A stretch of DNA of 64,000 nucleotides, from contig JBAZQN010000009.1 of the NCBI GenBank assembly GCA_041645165.1, positions 4,674 to 68,673 on the forward strand, read 5' to 3'. The stretch is from Patescibacteria group bacterium. Its GTDB lineage: Bacteria; Patescibacteriota; Patescibacteriia; 2-02-FULL-49-11. The stretch's first letter is position 1; each line of letters begins with the position of its first letter. The notes below the pieces were generated by a model, which was given only the letters and a program-made list of their open reading frames with translations, was not told the origin of the DNA and did not search any database. The translations under genes and the position numbers were made by a program. Positions 9,030 to 19,168 of the stretch are shown here, one piece after another.

Positions 9030-10560
9030 TCTCATTGTTTCAGTATTAATTGGATTAGCCATTACTCTTGGAGTAGTATGGCTCGTTTTTTTGTTTAACG
9101 GGGGAGGAGAGGGCTTGGTATCGCACATTATCACTTTGCAGAGGGGCGCAAGCATAATAAGAATGCCGGCAGTGGCTGGTGCATTTTATCCTGATGCAAA
9201 GGAGGAACTTTCTGCGCAGATCGATTATTTATTAACACAGGCAAGTACTACGCCAATCAGTGAGCATATTCGAATAATGATAGTACCCCATGCAGGATAC
9301 GAGTATTCAGGCGCCGTTGCCGCGTCTGCCTATCGAGCGCTCTCTGCCAACAGAGCAGGAGTGCGCAGTGTGCCTACCATAATCCTCATCGGTTCAGGGC
9401 ATAAGGTGAGTGTGGAAGGAGCGGCTTTTGACAGTCATGACGCATGGCAGACGCCGTTGGGGAAAATACCCGTCAATAAGGAGCTGCGGGATATGCTTGT
9501 GCGTCAGAGTACGCTTTTTCATCTTGATGCAGCAGCTCATAAAGATGAACATTCATTAGAAGTGCAGCTCCCTTTCCTCCAAAAAACCTTTGTACAATTT
9601 GAAATAGTGCCCCTACTCGTGAACAAGGCCACTGAAGAAGAGCAGAATCGTATCAGCGCTGCGCTCGCGTCCCTGCCCGGTGATATAATACTTATCGCCA
9701 GTACTGATCTTTCGCATTATCCCATCTATGAAGACGCCACCGCTGCCGATACAAAAGTGATAGAATCGTTATTAAGCGGGAATGCGGAACAGATGAAGCG
9801 TTCTATAGCGCAATTGGAGACACAGCATATCAGGGAAGCAGTTACCTTTATGTGCGCACAACCTGCGGTTGAAATTGCGCTCAAGGTCGCCCAATTATGG
9901 GGTGCGGATGAACGCCGACTTCTCAAATATGCAAATTCAGGAGATTCTTTTGTGGGTGATAAGTCACGGGTAGTAGGCTATGCCGCAATGACATTTACGA
10001 GCGCGCGCAAAGACAGCGAATTACTCCCTATAGAGCAGGAGCAGTTATTGCGTATTGCACGCACTTCCGTTGAGTCCTATGTGAATACGCAGGTGATCCC
10101 GCAGGTGCAAGATGATTCTTTTTTCCTTAATCAGGAGAGAGGGGCTTTCGTCACGATTAAAAAGAATGATACGCTCCGTGGGTGCATTGGTCAGTTTAAT
10201 CCTGATGCGCCCCTCTACCAACTTGTCTCCCAGATGGCCATAGCCGCAGCAGTGGAGGACCATCGGTTCCTTCCCATAAATCAAGGGGAACTCGGAGAGC
10301 TAACGTATGAAATTTCGATCTTAAGTCCTTTGAGGAAGATTAAGGATTGGCGGGAAATCGAAATTGGAAAACATGGAGTCCGTGTGCGAAAAGGCTCCCG
10401 GGAGGGGATATTTCTTCCACAAGTTGCCACAGAAAACAATTGGGGATTAGGGGAATTTATGGGTGAACTCTGCAGCCAAAAAGTGGGAATGGCAAGTGAT
10501 TGTTGGAAAGACCCTCACGCCGAACTTTATATATTCACTGCACAAGTATTCGGAGAATAG
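9019..10560 (+). CDS. AmmeMemoRadiSam protein B (MEMO1-like) / protein A (AMMECR1-like) fusion with N-terminal TM helix
   Basis: PAVAGAFYP, PHAGYEYSG, EHSLEVQLPF, STDLSHY, then GAFVT...LRGCIG, EISILS, FLPQVA. Confidence 0.92.
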   Translation: MRNNLIVSVLIGLAITLGVVWLVFLFNGGGEGLVSHIITLQRGASIIRMPAVAGAFYPDAKEELSAQIDYLLTQASTTPISEHIRIMIVPHAGYEYSGAVAASAYRALSANRAGVRSVPTIILIGSGHKVSVEGAAFDSHDAWQTPLGKIPVNKELRDMLVRQSTLFHLDAAAHKDEHSLEVQLPFLQKTFVQFEIVPLLVNKATEEEQNRISAALASLPGDIILIASTDLSHYPIYEDATAADTKVIESLLSGNAEQMKRSIAQLETQHIREAVTFMCAQPAVEIALKVAQLWGADERRLLKYANSGDSFVGDKSRVVGYAAMTFTSARKDSELLPIEQEQLLRIARTSVESYVNTQVIPQVQDDSFFLNQERGAFVTIKKNDTLRGCIGQFNPDAPLYQLVSQMAIAAAVEDHRFLPINQGELGELTYEISILSPLRKIKDWREIEIGKHGVRVRKGSREGIFLPQVATENNWGLGEFMGELCSQKVGMASDCWKDPHAELYIFTAQVFGE

Positions 10561-10611
10561 AAATTATGCTATAGTATTAGTAGGGAAACTATTACTAAGT
10601 TTTCTAATAAT

Positions 10612-10833
10612 ATGTTTTTAAACATACTACTTGCCGCAAACCAGCGCATGATTCTTGCAAGTGAGGGTATCGCGTCAGTAAGCAAAGACGACGAAAAGAT
10701 TGTTTCTTTTTTTGCCATGGCAAGTTCTCCTTATGCGGCAACGATTATTTTGGGTATTTTCGTCATTCTGGTCGTCGCAGTCGCGTATGTATTAGTAGGT
10801 ATTATTCTTTTTACTCTATTTGCGTATCGTTAA
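10612..10833 (+). CDS. Small hydrophobic hypothetical membrane protein
   Basis: 73-aa ORF with a long hydrophobic C-terminal segment; ends 1 nt before the pduL start. Confidence 0.5.
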   Translation: MFLNILLAANQRMILASEGIASVSKDDEKIVSFFAMASSPYAATIILGIFVILVVAVAYVLVGIILFTLFAYR

Positions 10834-10834
10834 T

Positions 10835-11410
10835 ATGAATATCATCCGTGTACCCGTAGAGGTTTCTGCGCGGCATGTGCACTTGAGCCAAAAGGACCTT
10901 GAGCGCCTTTTTGGCAAAGGCTACCATCTCCATGCGGATCATCCGCTTTCGCAACCGGGGCAATTTGCGGCCCGGGAAACGGTGAGTGTCATTAAGGGCA
11001 AGAAAAAGCTAGAGCACATGCGTATCGTAGGGCCGGTTCGGCCCAATTCCCAAGTGGAGCTTGCGCGGACTGATGCGCTGCATCTTGGTTTTGACCCGCA
11101 AGTGCATGTGTCAGGGTCTTTAGCCCATACGCCAAGCATTGTACTCAAAGGACCTCGCGGTTCGGTAAAACTTTTAAAAGGCGTAATTATCCCTCAGCGC
11201 CATATTCATGCATCGCCACTAGCCGCGAAGAAGGCGGGACTAAAAGACCGCGCCATCGTTTCTCTGAAATTGGAAGGCCCGCGCGCGCTTACCTTCCATA
11301 ATGTCATCGTGCGCGTGCACCCCACTTTCTCCTGGCACTGCCACATCGACACGGACGAGGGGAACGCGGCGGGGATAAAAAGGAAAGGGTCTGCGGTAAT
11401 AGTAAAATGA
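10835..11410 (+). CDS. pduL: PduL-type phosphate acyltransferase
   Basis: VSARHVHLS, LSQPGQFAA, QRHIH, HIDTDEGNA. Confidence 0.93.
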   Translation: MNIIRVPVEVSARHVHLSQKDLERLFGKGYHLHADHPLSQPGQFAARETVSVIKGKKKLEHMRIVGPVRPNSQVELARTDALHLGFDPQVHVSGSLAHTPSIVLKGPRGSVKLLKGVIIPQRHIHASPLAAKKAGLKDRAIVSLKLEGPRALTFHNVIVRVHPTFSWHCHIDTDEGNAAGIKRKGSAVIVK

Positions 11411-11454
11411 TGATTACTTCGCTTACATGCTAGCTCTTGCTCACAGTTAGAAAA

Positions 11455-11595
11455 ACACTAAACCCAAAACTCTAAATCCTAAACAAATCCAAATAACCAA
11501 ATCATCGAAACACGTTTTGAATTTGGTGCTTGTTTAGGATTTCGGATTTATCTGGCTACGCCAGATCTCGCGTAGCGAGAGAGTTTAGAATTTCC
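11455..11595. repeat. Inverted 7-nt tandem arrays with a nested 30-nt double hairpin (11551-11580)
   Basis: taaatcc-like units face ggattta-like units; tctggc-tac-gccaga-tctcgc-gta-gcgaga interrupts the right arm. Confidence 0.8.
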
Positions 11596-11604
11596 CATTA
11601 ATGT

Positions 11605-12678
11605 ATGGATTCGCTCCTCGTCTTCAACATCGGCTCTTCCTCGATCCGCTATCACCGGTATGCGCACGAGTCGCTCGAGCTCCTCCATGAGGGCCACCAT
11701 GATTTTGCAGCCGACCGCAGTTCTCGCGAGGATTTTATGCGCACGTTCCGCGAGTGCGTGCGTGATATCGGCGACGTGTCGGCGATTAAGGGCATCGGCC
11801 ATAGGGTGGTGCACGGCGGCAGCCGGTTTATATCGCCGGTTGTCGTGAATGCGGATATTTTGGCGGAATTGAAAAATCTGAATCATCTCGCGCCGCTGCA
11901 TAATCCATGGAATATTTTAGGGATAGAAGCGTGCCAAATTTACTTGCAGGGCATACCCAATGTCGCAGTTTTTGACACAGGATTTTTTGCGCACCTTCCC
12001 GCGCTTGCGGCGCGCTACCCGCTGCCCGCAGAATTCAGCGAGTATCGGCGTTTTGGGTTTCACGGTATTTCCCACGCGACCGTCGCAGATTTGTTAAGCC
12101 TACGCTTAAAAAAACCGCAGAAGCAACTTACCTTCATCAGCTGCCATTTGGGAAGCGGTTCGAGCATCGCATTGATTGAAAAAGGGGAGCCGGTTGACAC
12201 CAGCATGGGATATACTCCTCTCGAAGGGCTTGTCATGATGACAAGGAGCGGCGATATAGATCCGGGGATCATATTTGACCTCGTGCAAAAAAAGCTGAAG
12301 GAGGCGCCAACATTGGAAAGGGCGCAGGAAGAGGTGCAGAAGCTGGTCGAAGCATTTTATAAATCATCGGGTTTGAAGGCTTTAAGCGGTTATGCAACAT
12401 TTCTCGACATTCTTGAGCAGAAAAAAATAGGAGTTGAGCAGGCGGTATTCGCATTTGACTATTTCGTGCGGCGGGTAAGGAAGTATATCGGCGCGTACGC
12501 CGCCTTAGTCCCTCGACTTGATGCGATTGCCTTTACGGGTGCGGTAGGGGCAGGGGATTCTGTCACCCGCCAAGCGATCACAAAAAATTTGGGATGCGCG
12601 AAAGGGGTGCCGGTACATGTGTTTCCCCATTCTGAAGAAATAACCATTGCGCGGCAGGTACAAGCTCTCATTGTCTGA
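11605..12678 (+). CDS. ackA: Acetate/propionate kinase
   Basis: NIGSSS, GHRVVHGG, LAPLHNP, FDTGF, GFHGISH, SMGYTPLEGL, TRSGDID. Confidence 0.95.
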   Translation: MDSLLVFNIGSSSIRYHRYAHESLELLHEGHHDFAADRSSREDFMRTFRECVRDIGDVSAIKGIGHRVVHGGSRFISPVVVNADILAELKNLNHLAPLHNPWNILGIEACQIYLQGIPNVAVFDTGFFAHLPALAARYPLPAEFSEYRRFGFHGISHATVADLLSLRLKKPQKQLTFISCHLGSGSSIALIEKGEPVDTSMGYTPLEGLVMMTRSGDIDPGIIFDLVQKKLKEAPTLERAQEEVQKLVEAFYKSSGLKALSGYATFLDILEQKKIGVEQAVFAFDYFVRRVRKYIGAYAALVPRLDAIAFTGAVGAGDSVTRQAITKNLGCAKGVPVHVFPHSEEITIARQVQALIV

Positions 12679-12776
12679 CTGTTAAATTGTCACATGGTTA
12701 CATGGTTTTATGGGCTTTGTTTATTGTGTAACAGTTTAACAATATAAGGTATAACCATTTAGCCATTTCGATTTTC

Positions 12777-13256
12777 ATGGTAGTTGTTCTTCACAACATC
12801 CGCAGTATGCACAATGTGGGATCCATTTTCCGCACTGCAGATGCGGCAGGCGCAGAGAAGCTCTATTTGTGCGGCATTACCCCGGGACCGCTTGACCGGT
12901 TTCAGCGGCCAAACACACCATTGCTTAAGGTTTCCTTGGGCGCAGAGCGCTCCGTAGTTTGGGAACATGCGCCATCTGCATCACGGCTTATAGGGAGATT
13001 GAAGCGCAATGGGTTCAAGATACTCGCGCTCGAACAGGATCCTTCATCCATTCCCTATATGCGGGTGTCTCTATCTGCTTCACAATGGCAGACAACTGCA
13101 CTGCTTTTAGGTGAAGAGGTGAATGGGTTGCGTCGGGCATTATTAAAGAAAGCGGATAAAATCCTTGAAATTCCCATGCATGGCAAAAAGGAGTCGCTCA
13201 ATGTTTCTGTCGCATTCGGGGTCGTGATATTCCACCTCTTGGCGGGGAGGGGATAG
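12777..13256 (+). CDS. TrmH/SpoU family RNA methyltransferase
   Basis: NVGSIFRTADAAG, LGEEVNGL, IPMHGKKESLNVSVA. Confidence 0.93.
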   Translation: MVVVLHNIRSMHNVGSIFRTADAAGAEKLYLCGITPGPLDRFQRPNTPLLKVSLGAERSVVWEHAPSASRLIGRLKRNGFKILALEQDPSSIPYMRVSLSASQWQTTALLLGEEVNGLRRALLKKADKILEIPMHGKKESLNVSVAFGVVIFHLLAGRG

Positions 13257-13415
13257 AGGTAATTTGTCCCCATTTTTAGTGCCCTTTTCCCTCTGGCAGG
13301 GGGTATTTTTTTGTGCTATAATAAAACCAGATGAAAGAGACTAAAAATATAGATTTTTCTGCGAATTTGCCTCTCTATAAATGGCAAGTTTTGCATTATT
13401 TATTACGTCTATTAT

Positions 13416-15584
13416 ATGGTTAAAAAGAGCGCTTCATCGGATTATCAAGCAAGGCACATTACCGTACTCGAGGGTCTTGATCCGGTCCGGAAAAGGCCGG
13501 GCATGTACATCGGGTCAACCGGCGTGGAAGGGCTCCATCATTTGGTATGGGAAGTGGTTGATAACTCGATTGACGAGGCGATGGCCGGATTTTGCACCGA
13601 GATTACCGTCCGGCTGCTCCCGGGGCGCATGGTGGAGGTGAGCGATAATGGCCGCGGCATCCCCGTTGATATCCATAAACAGACGAAAGTATCCGCGCTG
13701 GAAGTGGTGCTCACCAAGCTCCATGCGGGCGGCAAGTTCGGCCAAGGAGGCTATAAAGTATCGGGAGGGCTGCATGGGGTAGGCGTTTCTGTGGTGAATG
13801 CCCTTTCTTCTTACATGAAGGCAGAGGTGAAGAGAGAGGGGAAGTTATGGGAGCAGGAATATGAACGCGGCAAACCCCGCAGGAAAGTGCGTCCCGTGGG
13901 AAGAGCCTCAGGCACCGGCACCATGATTACCTTCGTGCCTGATACGGAAATTTTTGGCGACATTGGTTTTGATTTCCAAACGGTGCTTGACCACCTCCGC
14001 CAACAGGCATATCTCACGAAGGGGGTGAAGATCATTGTGCGGGATGAACGGATGCGCGAAAAGGTTGACGCAAAAATAAAAGAAAAAGAGCCTCACCCGG
14101 AAGAAAAAGAGCCTCTCGCCTTTGATTTCCTCACTTCTTATATCTTTTATTTTGAAGGCGGCATCCGTTCCTATGTGGCCCATTTAAATCACAACCGGAG
14201 CGTGAAGCAGGAGGTGGTGTTTTATATAGAAAAAGAAATTATACCCAACGGGTCAAACGGCGCGCTTGATAAGGAAACCGCACAGAAAGAAACACAGGTT
14301 GTATCTCATGCGCAAAAGTCTGCCACGCCGATCAAGGTGGAGGTTTCCCTTCAGTATACGGATGATTATCGTGAGACCGTCTATGCGTTCGCCAATAATA
14401 TTTACAACCCTGAAGGCGGCACCCACTTGGTGGGATTCCGCGGCGCGCTCACCCGCGTGCTCAATTCATATGCACGGGCGAAAAGTTATTTGAAAGAAAA
14501 AGACGATAATCTTACCGGCGAGGACGTGCGTGAGGGCTTAACCGCAGTCGTATCGGTCAAGGTGCCGGAGCCGCAATTTGAGGGGCAGACAAAAGCAAAG
14601 CTGGGGAATCCGGAGGTGAAGAATGCGGTGGAATCGGTGTTGGGTGATGCACTCGCTTCATTTTTGGAAGAACATCCGCGCGATGCAGAAGAGATTTTGG
14701 AGAAATGCGTCCTGACACAACACGCAAGAGTGGCCGCGCGCGCGGCGCGCGATACCGTGCTGCGCAAGGGGGCGCTCGATGGGCTCACGCTCCCGGGGAA
14801 GCTCGCAGATTGCTCCACTAAGGATTCGCACCATTCTGAATTGTATATTGTAGAGGGAGACTCTGCGGGCGGCAGCGCGAAACAAGGGCGCAATCGGGAG
14901 TACCAGGCCATTCTCCCCTTGAGAGGCAAAATCCTGAATGTGGAACGCGCGCGGCTGGACAAGATGCTGACCAATAATGAATTGAAATCGCTCATCATTG
15001 CTATAGGCACGAATTTTGGCGAAAATTTCAATCTCGCGGACCTTCGGTATGAGCGTATCATTATCATGACTGATGCGGACGTGGACGGCGCGCATATCAG
15101 GACATTACTCTTAACCTTTTTTTACCGTTATTTCAAGGAACTTATTACCACCGGTCATCTTTTTATCGCACAGCCGCCCCTTTATCGCATACAAAAAGGG
15201 AAAGAGTTTTGGTATGCGTATTCTGACCAGGAAAAGGAAAAAGTGCTCTCATCTATAAGGAGCGTTATTCGCGGGAAAGCGGGAGATGCGCAGACAGAAG
15301 CATCCTCAAAAGAAGAGGTGGGGACAGCGCGTGCGGGCGAGATAGATATCGGTGAAAAGGTGGGCGGCGCGGTAATCCAGCGATATAAGGGTTTGGGCGA
15401 AATGAACCCTACGCAGTTGTGGGAGACGACGATGGATCCCGTAAGGCGGTTCATGTACCAAGTAACCGTCGATGATGCGGAAAAAGCGGATAACATTTTT
15501 GACGTACTCATGGGATCTGAAGTTGATCCCCGCAAGCGCTTCATCCAGACCCATGCGAAATTGGTGAAGAATTTGGACGTGTAG
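13416..15584 (+). CDS. gyrB: DNA gyrase subunit B
   Basis: VRKRPGMYIG, EVVDNSIDE, GGLHGVG, EGDSAGG, PLRGK, DADVDG, QRYKGLGEM. Confidence 0.97.
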   Translation: MVKKSASSDYQARHITVLEGLDPVRKRPGMYIGSTGVEGLHHLVWEVVDNSIDEAMAGFCTEITVRLLPGRMVEVSDNGRGIPVDIHKQTKVSALEVVLTKLHAGGKFGQGGYKVSGGLHGVGVSVVNALSSYMKAEVKREGKLWEQEYERGKPRRKVRPVGRASGTGTMITFVPDTEIFGDIGFDFQTVLDHLRQQAYLTKGVKIIVRDERMREKVDAKIKEKEPHPEEKEPLAFDFLTSYIFYFEGGIRSYVAHLNHNRSVKQEVVFYIEKEIIPNGSNGALDKETAQKETQVVSHAQKSATPIKVEVSLQYTDDYRETVYAFANNIYNPEGGTHLVGFRGALTRVLNSYARAKSYLKEKDDNLTGEDVREGLTAVVSVKVPEPQFEGQTKAKLGNPEVKNAVESVLGDALASFLEEHPRDAEEILEKCVLTQHARVAARAARDTVLRKGALDGLTLPGKLADCSTKDSHHSELYIVEGDSAGGSAKQGRNREYQAILPLRGKILNVERARLDKMLTNNELKSLIIAIGTNFGENFNLADLRYERIIIMTDADVDGAHIRTLLLTFFYRYFKELITTGHLFIAQPPLYRIQKGKEFWYAYSDQEKEKVLSSIRSVIRGKAGDAQTEASSKEEVGTARAGEIDIGEKVGGAVIQRYKGLGEMNPTQLWETTMDPVRRFMYQVTVDDAEKADNIFDVLMGSEVDPRKRFIQTHAKLVKNLDV

Positions 15585-15589
15585 ATAAC

Positions 15590-15735
15590 TCAAAATTCAA
15601 AGTTCATAAATAGAAAATATGGAGGTCCGACGTTACGTCGGACCGTAAATCCTTTATTTTGATATTTGTCCCGCACCTATTATTAAACTCATTGGCATGC
15701 GGGATCCCGCTTCTGCGGTGACATTTTGGATTTTA
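15590..15735. repeat. Composite intergenic repeat: 7-nt arrays, ccgacgttacgtcgg hairpin and gcgggatcccgc double-hairpin unit (15669-15721)
   Basis: Same modules recur at 31138-31300 (double-hairpin unit inverted) and 23159-23381. Confidence 0.85.
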
Positions 15736-15747
15736 CATTAAGGTCAT

Positions 15748-16968
15748 ATGCTTTTCCTAAGCACCCTCCGCAACGCTCCTGTCTATGACAGCAGTTTTGC
15801 GCTGGTCGGGAAATATAAGGATATTATCGCTTCTGCGGTCGCTGACCAATATGCTCCCGTGAAATCATTGGTGGTGACGCTTTTAAAAGGAAAGGGAGAG
15901 TTCGTGATCCTTTGGAGCGTCGTCGAGAATGCGAGCAGGGTGGGTATCCACCTTTCCGCCTTATTATCGCGCGTGACGTCTGCGCAAGTAGACCCTACGG
16001 ATATCCGTCTGCGGGAAAAGGTCCTTGATCATCAGATTGTCGATATTACTGGCGCGCGTGTGGTGCGCGTGAATGATTTGCAATTGGGGACCATTGAAGG
16101 CCGCATGTGCGTCATTGCGATTGACGTGAGCCTGAAAGCGCTTTTGAGACGCCTCAACCTTGATTGGGTGGATGTATTTAATATGATACCGGTGAGGCTT
16201 ATTGACTGGAGGCAGGCGAACCTTGTATCCGGATCAGTGCAGGTTGCAGCACTTTCCAAAGACGTGGTGCATATGCACCCCGCAGACATCGCAACGATTG
16301 TGGAAGATTTAAATGTGAACCAAGGGAGCGAACTGGTAAAATCCTTGGATCTCGCAACGGCTGCACGGGTATTTGAAGAAATAGACCCTGAAACGCGGCG
16401 CATCTTAGTGAAAGCGTTGAGTCCCGACAAAGTAGCGCTGATTACCGATAAAATGCCGCTTGATGAAGTCGTTGATCTTTTAAAATCTCTTCCTGCGGCA
16501 ACGAGCGCGGAGCTGCTCTCTCATCTTCAGTCATCGCGCGCTGCCACAGCGGAACGCTTGCTGCAATACTCAAACCATTCCGCGGGAGGGCTCATGACGA
16601 CGGAATTTATTAAGTGCAGTATTTCCTGTACCGTTGCCCAAGTCATAGAAGAAATTAAGAAGCGCTCTTTTACCTTTCGTTTCATCCACTATGTGTATGT
16701 AGTGGATGATGAGAATCATTTCATGGGAGTTGCCTCTTTTCGGAGGCTGATTACGAGCGATCCGAACCAAACCATGCAGGAGGTCATGCGCGACCGTAAG
16801 GGCTTAAAAACATTAAAGCCTGAACAGCCATTGAGAGAGGTTGCGGTTATCATGGCTAAATACAAGCTATTTTCGGCGGCAGTCGTTGATAAAAAAAGGC
16901 AGCTGCTGGGAGTGATAACTCTCGATGACATCATGCGCCAGCTCGTATCGCACATATACGATGTATAA
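15748..16968 (+). CDS. MgtE intracellular-domain / CBS-domain protein with PRC-barrel-like N-terminus
   Basis: VLDHQIVDITGARVVRVND, HPADIA, SAGGLMTTEF, tandem CBS; no TM segments. Confidence 0.88.
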   Translation: MLFLSTLRNAPVYDSSFALVGKYKDIIASAVADQYAPVKSLVVTLLKGKGEFVILWSVVENASRVGIHLSALLSRVTSAQVDPTDIRLREKVLDHQIVDITGARVVRVNDLQLGTIEGRMCVIAIDVSLKALLRRLNLDWVDVFNMIPVRLIDWRQANLVSGSVQVAALSKDVVHMHPADIATIVEDLNVNQGSELVKSLDLATAARVFEEIDPETRRILVKALSPDKVALITDKMPLDEVVDLLKSLPAATSAELLSHLQSSRAATAERLLQYSNHSAGGLMTTEFIKCSISCTVAQVIEEIKKRSFTFRFIHYVYVVDDENHFMGVASFRRLITSDPNQTMQEVMRDRKGLKTLKPEQPLREVAVIMAKYKLFSAAVVDKKRQLLGVITLDDIMRQLVSHIYDV

Positions 16969-17097
16969 TTAGACAGTAGAAGTATAATTTTCAGAGCCGT
17001 TTCAGTGTATGTTTCGGTGTGCATTCAGTGTAAAAAGCTTCTCTCGCGGAAAAACCTGAATCTTACACGGAAATATACTGAATTGTTCTATAATCTC

Positions 17098-18354
17098 ATG
17101 GTACCTATCTTCAAACGCTGGTTGCTGCGTGCGAGCATCATATTGAGCGTGATCGGTCCGGGTATTATTTCCGGGGCGGCGGATAATGATGCGGGTGGCA
17201 TTACGACCTATTCGATTGTCGGCGCCCATTACGGGTACCAGATGCTTTGGCTTCTTCCCCTCGTCGGGCTTGTGCTCTGGCTTACGCAGGACATGGGTGC
17301 GCGTCTTGGGCTTGTAACGGGCAAGGGTCTTGCGGCCCTTATTCGGGAAAATTTCAGCATTCGGCTCACGGTGATCGTCATTGTGCTTACCGCCATATCA
17401 AACTGGATGAATATTGTGGCGGAATTTGCCGGCGTCGCATCAGTCGCGCATCTCTACCATATTCCCAAGACGCTTCTCGTGGCGATTGCCGCCTCCGCCA
17501 TATCATTCGTTGTAATAAAAGGTAATTTTCAGATAGTCCAGCGCGTATTTCTTACTTCATCCTTACTATATCTTGCGTATGTCATCGCAGGATTGAAAGC
17601 AAATCCTGATTGGGCGGCGATAGCCAGTGGTTCATTTATTCCTCATTTTTCAATGGAGCACGGGTTTTTGTTTACTGCCATTGCCTTAGTGGGGACCACC
17701 GTGACCGCCTGGGGGCAGTTTTTTATTCAATCGTATTATGTGGATAAGGGAGTGAAGGATGCGGATATTAAATTAATGAGGTGGGATATCACTGCAGGCA
17801 CTTTGTGGACTATCGTGGTTGCTTTTTTTATTGTCGTTGCCACTGCGAGCACGCTTTACCCAAAGGGTATCCAGATCAATGATGCCGCGCAAGCGGCTGC
17901 GGCCTTAGAGCCCTTTGCAGGATATCTCGCCAAGCACCTGTTTGCGTGGGGATTGCTTAACGCGTCGCTTTTGGGGGCGGGCGTGGTTACCATTGCGACG
18001 TCATATCTCATCACAGAGGCTTTTGGATGGGAAGGGAAGGTGGATTTGGGATTGCGTGAATCTCCCGCGTTTTATAAATTGTTCCTTTTTTTTATCATCA
18101 CCGCAGGGCTCTTCGTGCTGATTCCCTCAATACCCCTCGTGCCGACCATCGTGTTTTCCCAAGCGCTCAATGCCATGGTGCTCCCTCTGCTTTTTATCTG
18201 CATGATGGTTCTCTTAAACAGAAAAGATATTATGGGAATGAAAACAAATTCCCGCCTAAACAACGTGTTAGTCCTTGCCGCAATTTTATTGGTGAGCGCA
18301 CTCAATGTCAGTTATTGTTATGCGCTCGTTTCGAAATTTTTCAAAATACTATAA
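17098..18354 (+). CDS. NRAMP-family divalent metal (probably Mg2+) transporter
   Basis: GPGIISGAADNDAGGITTYS, LVGTT, multiple TM helices; adjacent to the MgtE-N/CBS gene; ATG 17098 preferred to the track start. Confidence 0.92.
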   Translation: MVPIFKRWLLRASIILSVIGPGIISGAADNDAGGITTYSIVGAHYGYQMLWLLPLVGLVLWLTQDMGARLGLVTGKGLAALIRENFSIRLTVIVIVLTAISNWMNIVAEFAGVASVAHLYHIPKTLLVAIAASAISFVVIKGNFQIVQRVFLTSSLLYLAYVIAGLKANPDWAAIASGSFIPHFSMEHGFLFTAIALVGTTVTAWGQFFIQSYYVDKGVKDADIKLMRWDITAGTLWTIVVAFFIVVATASTLYPKGIQINDAAQAAAALEPFAGYLAKHLFAWGLLNASLLGAGVVTIATSYLITEAFGWEGKVDLGLRESPAFYKLFLFFIITAGLFVLIPSIPLVPTIVFSQALNAMVLPLLFICMMVLLNRKDIMGMKTNSRLNNVLVLAAILLVSALNVSYCYALVSKFFKIL

Positions 18355-18494
18355 CATTTTACTAAACAATATTTTTCCGGACCTGCAAGTCTATACAGGT
18401 TCTTTTTTTTATGCTATACTGCTCTGTTACGTAATAAAAAAAGCGCATTTTGGTCGATGCGCAATTAATACAAATATAAACAAACACCATTTTT

Positions 18495-18932
18495 ATGTTT
18501 ATTAAAAAAATATTACATTGGATCGGTTATTTCGCGGTGTTGGGCTCATTTACGCTCATCATGATTGTGGGACCAGGGAAATTCACCTCGATTGAGGAGG
18601 TCCTGGCCCAAGGCTTTGATGATGTGGCGGAAGGTGAGCTTTTTATATTGTCTGATGTGCCTTCAAGTGGGCATCCGTCTCTGCGGCTCTCGCAACGCGA
18701 GCAAGTATGCCGCATAAAAAGTGATTTATTTGAAAGGCTTGCATCAGAATTGCCAAGTTTTAACGGCAGGGAAGTGCAGATTGGCCATGCGCGTGTGAGG
18801 CTTTTGAATACTACTGGCACAAATATTGACGTGTTGGAATTTATGCGGAAGTTTCGGTTAGGGGAGGAAGACTGCATGACGGTGTCGTTTCACAGCTTTT
18901 TATATCCGTTTTTCCATGGCGGGGTGAGTTGA
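18495..18932 (+). CDS. Hypothetical protein with N-terminal TM/signal segment
   Basis: 145-aa ORF; no family recognised. Confidence 0.6.
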   Translation: MFIKKILHWIGYFAVLGSFTLIMIVGPGKFTSIEEVLAQGFDDVAEGELFILSDVPSSGHPSLRLSQREQVCRIKSDLFERLASELPSFNGREVQIGHARVRLLNTTGTNIDVLEFMRKFRLGEEDCMTVSFHSFLYPFFHGGVS

Positions 18933-18933
18933 C

Positions 18934-19074
18934 GCAAGGGATGACGGCATGAAAAGACGCAGTTGTCTCGCCCGGCGAGCGAGACACTGCTTGACTCTCG
19001 GCCTCGTTCTCCCGCATAGCGGGAACCATGCCCACTCGGCCTCCGAGACACTTTTCATTACCGTCATCCCTTGC
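18934..19074. repeat. 141-nt multibranch hairpin element (MITE-like or ncRNA)
   Basis: gcaagggatgacgg/ccgtcatcccttgc (14 bp perfect) plus atgaaaag/cttttcat enclosing internal hairpins. Confidence 0.75.
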
Positions 19075-19168
19075 TGGAGTGATAAGAATTGAGACTATGA
19101 ATATACTTCAAACTTTATAGATATCTGCTCGATTTATATGAAGTCTAGTCAATAACATTTTCCTTGAT

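Noticed and set aside
3721-10560. Integrated element at tRNA-Gln
   Set aside because: No integrase, and I found no duplicate of the tRNA 3' end
14040-14335. Intein or intron in gyrB
   Set aside because: The inserts are short charged loops without splicing motifs, and the frame is continuous
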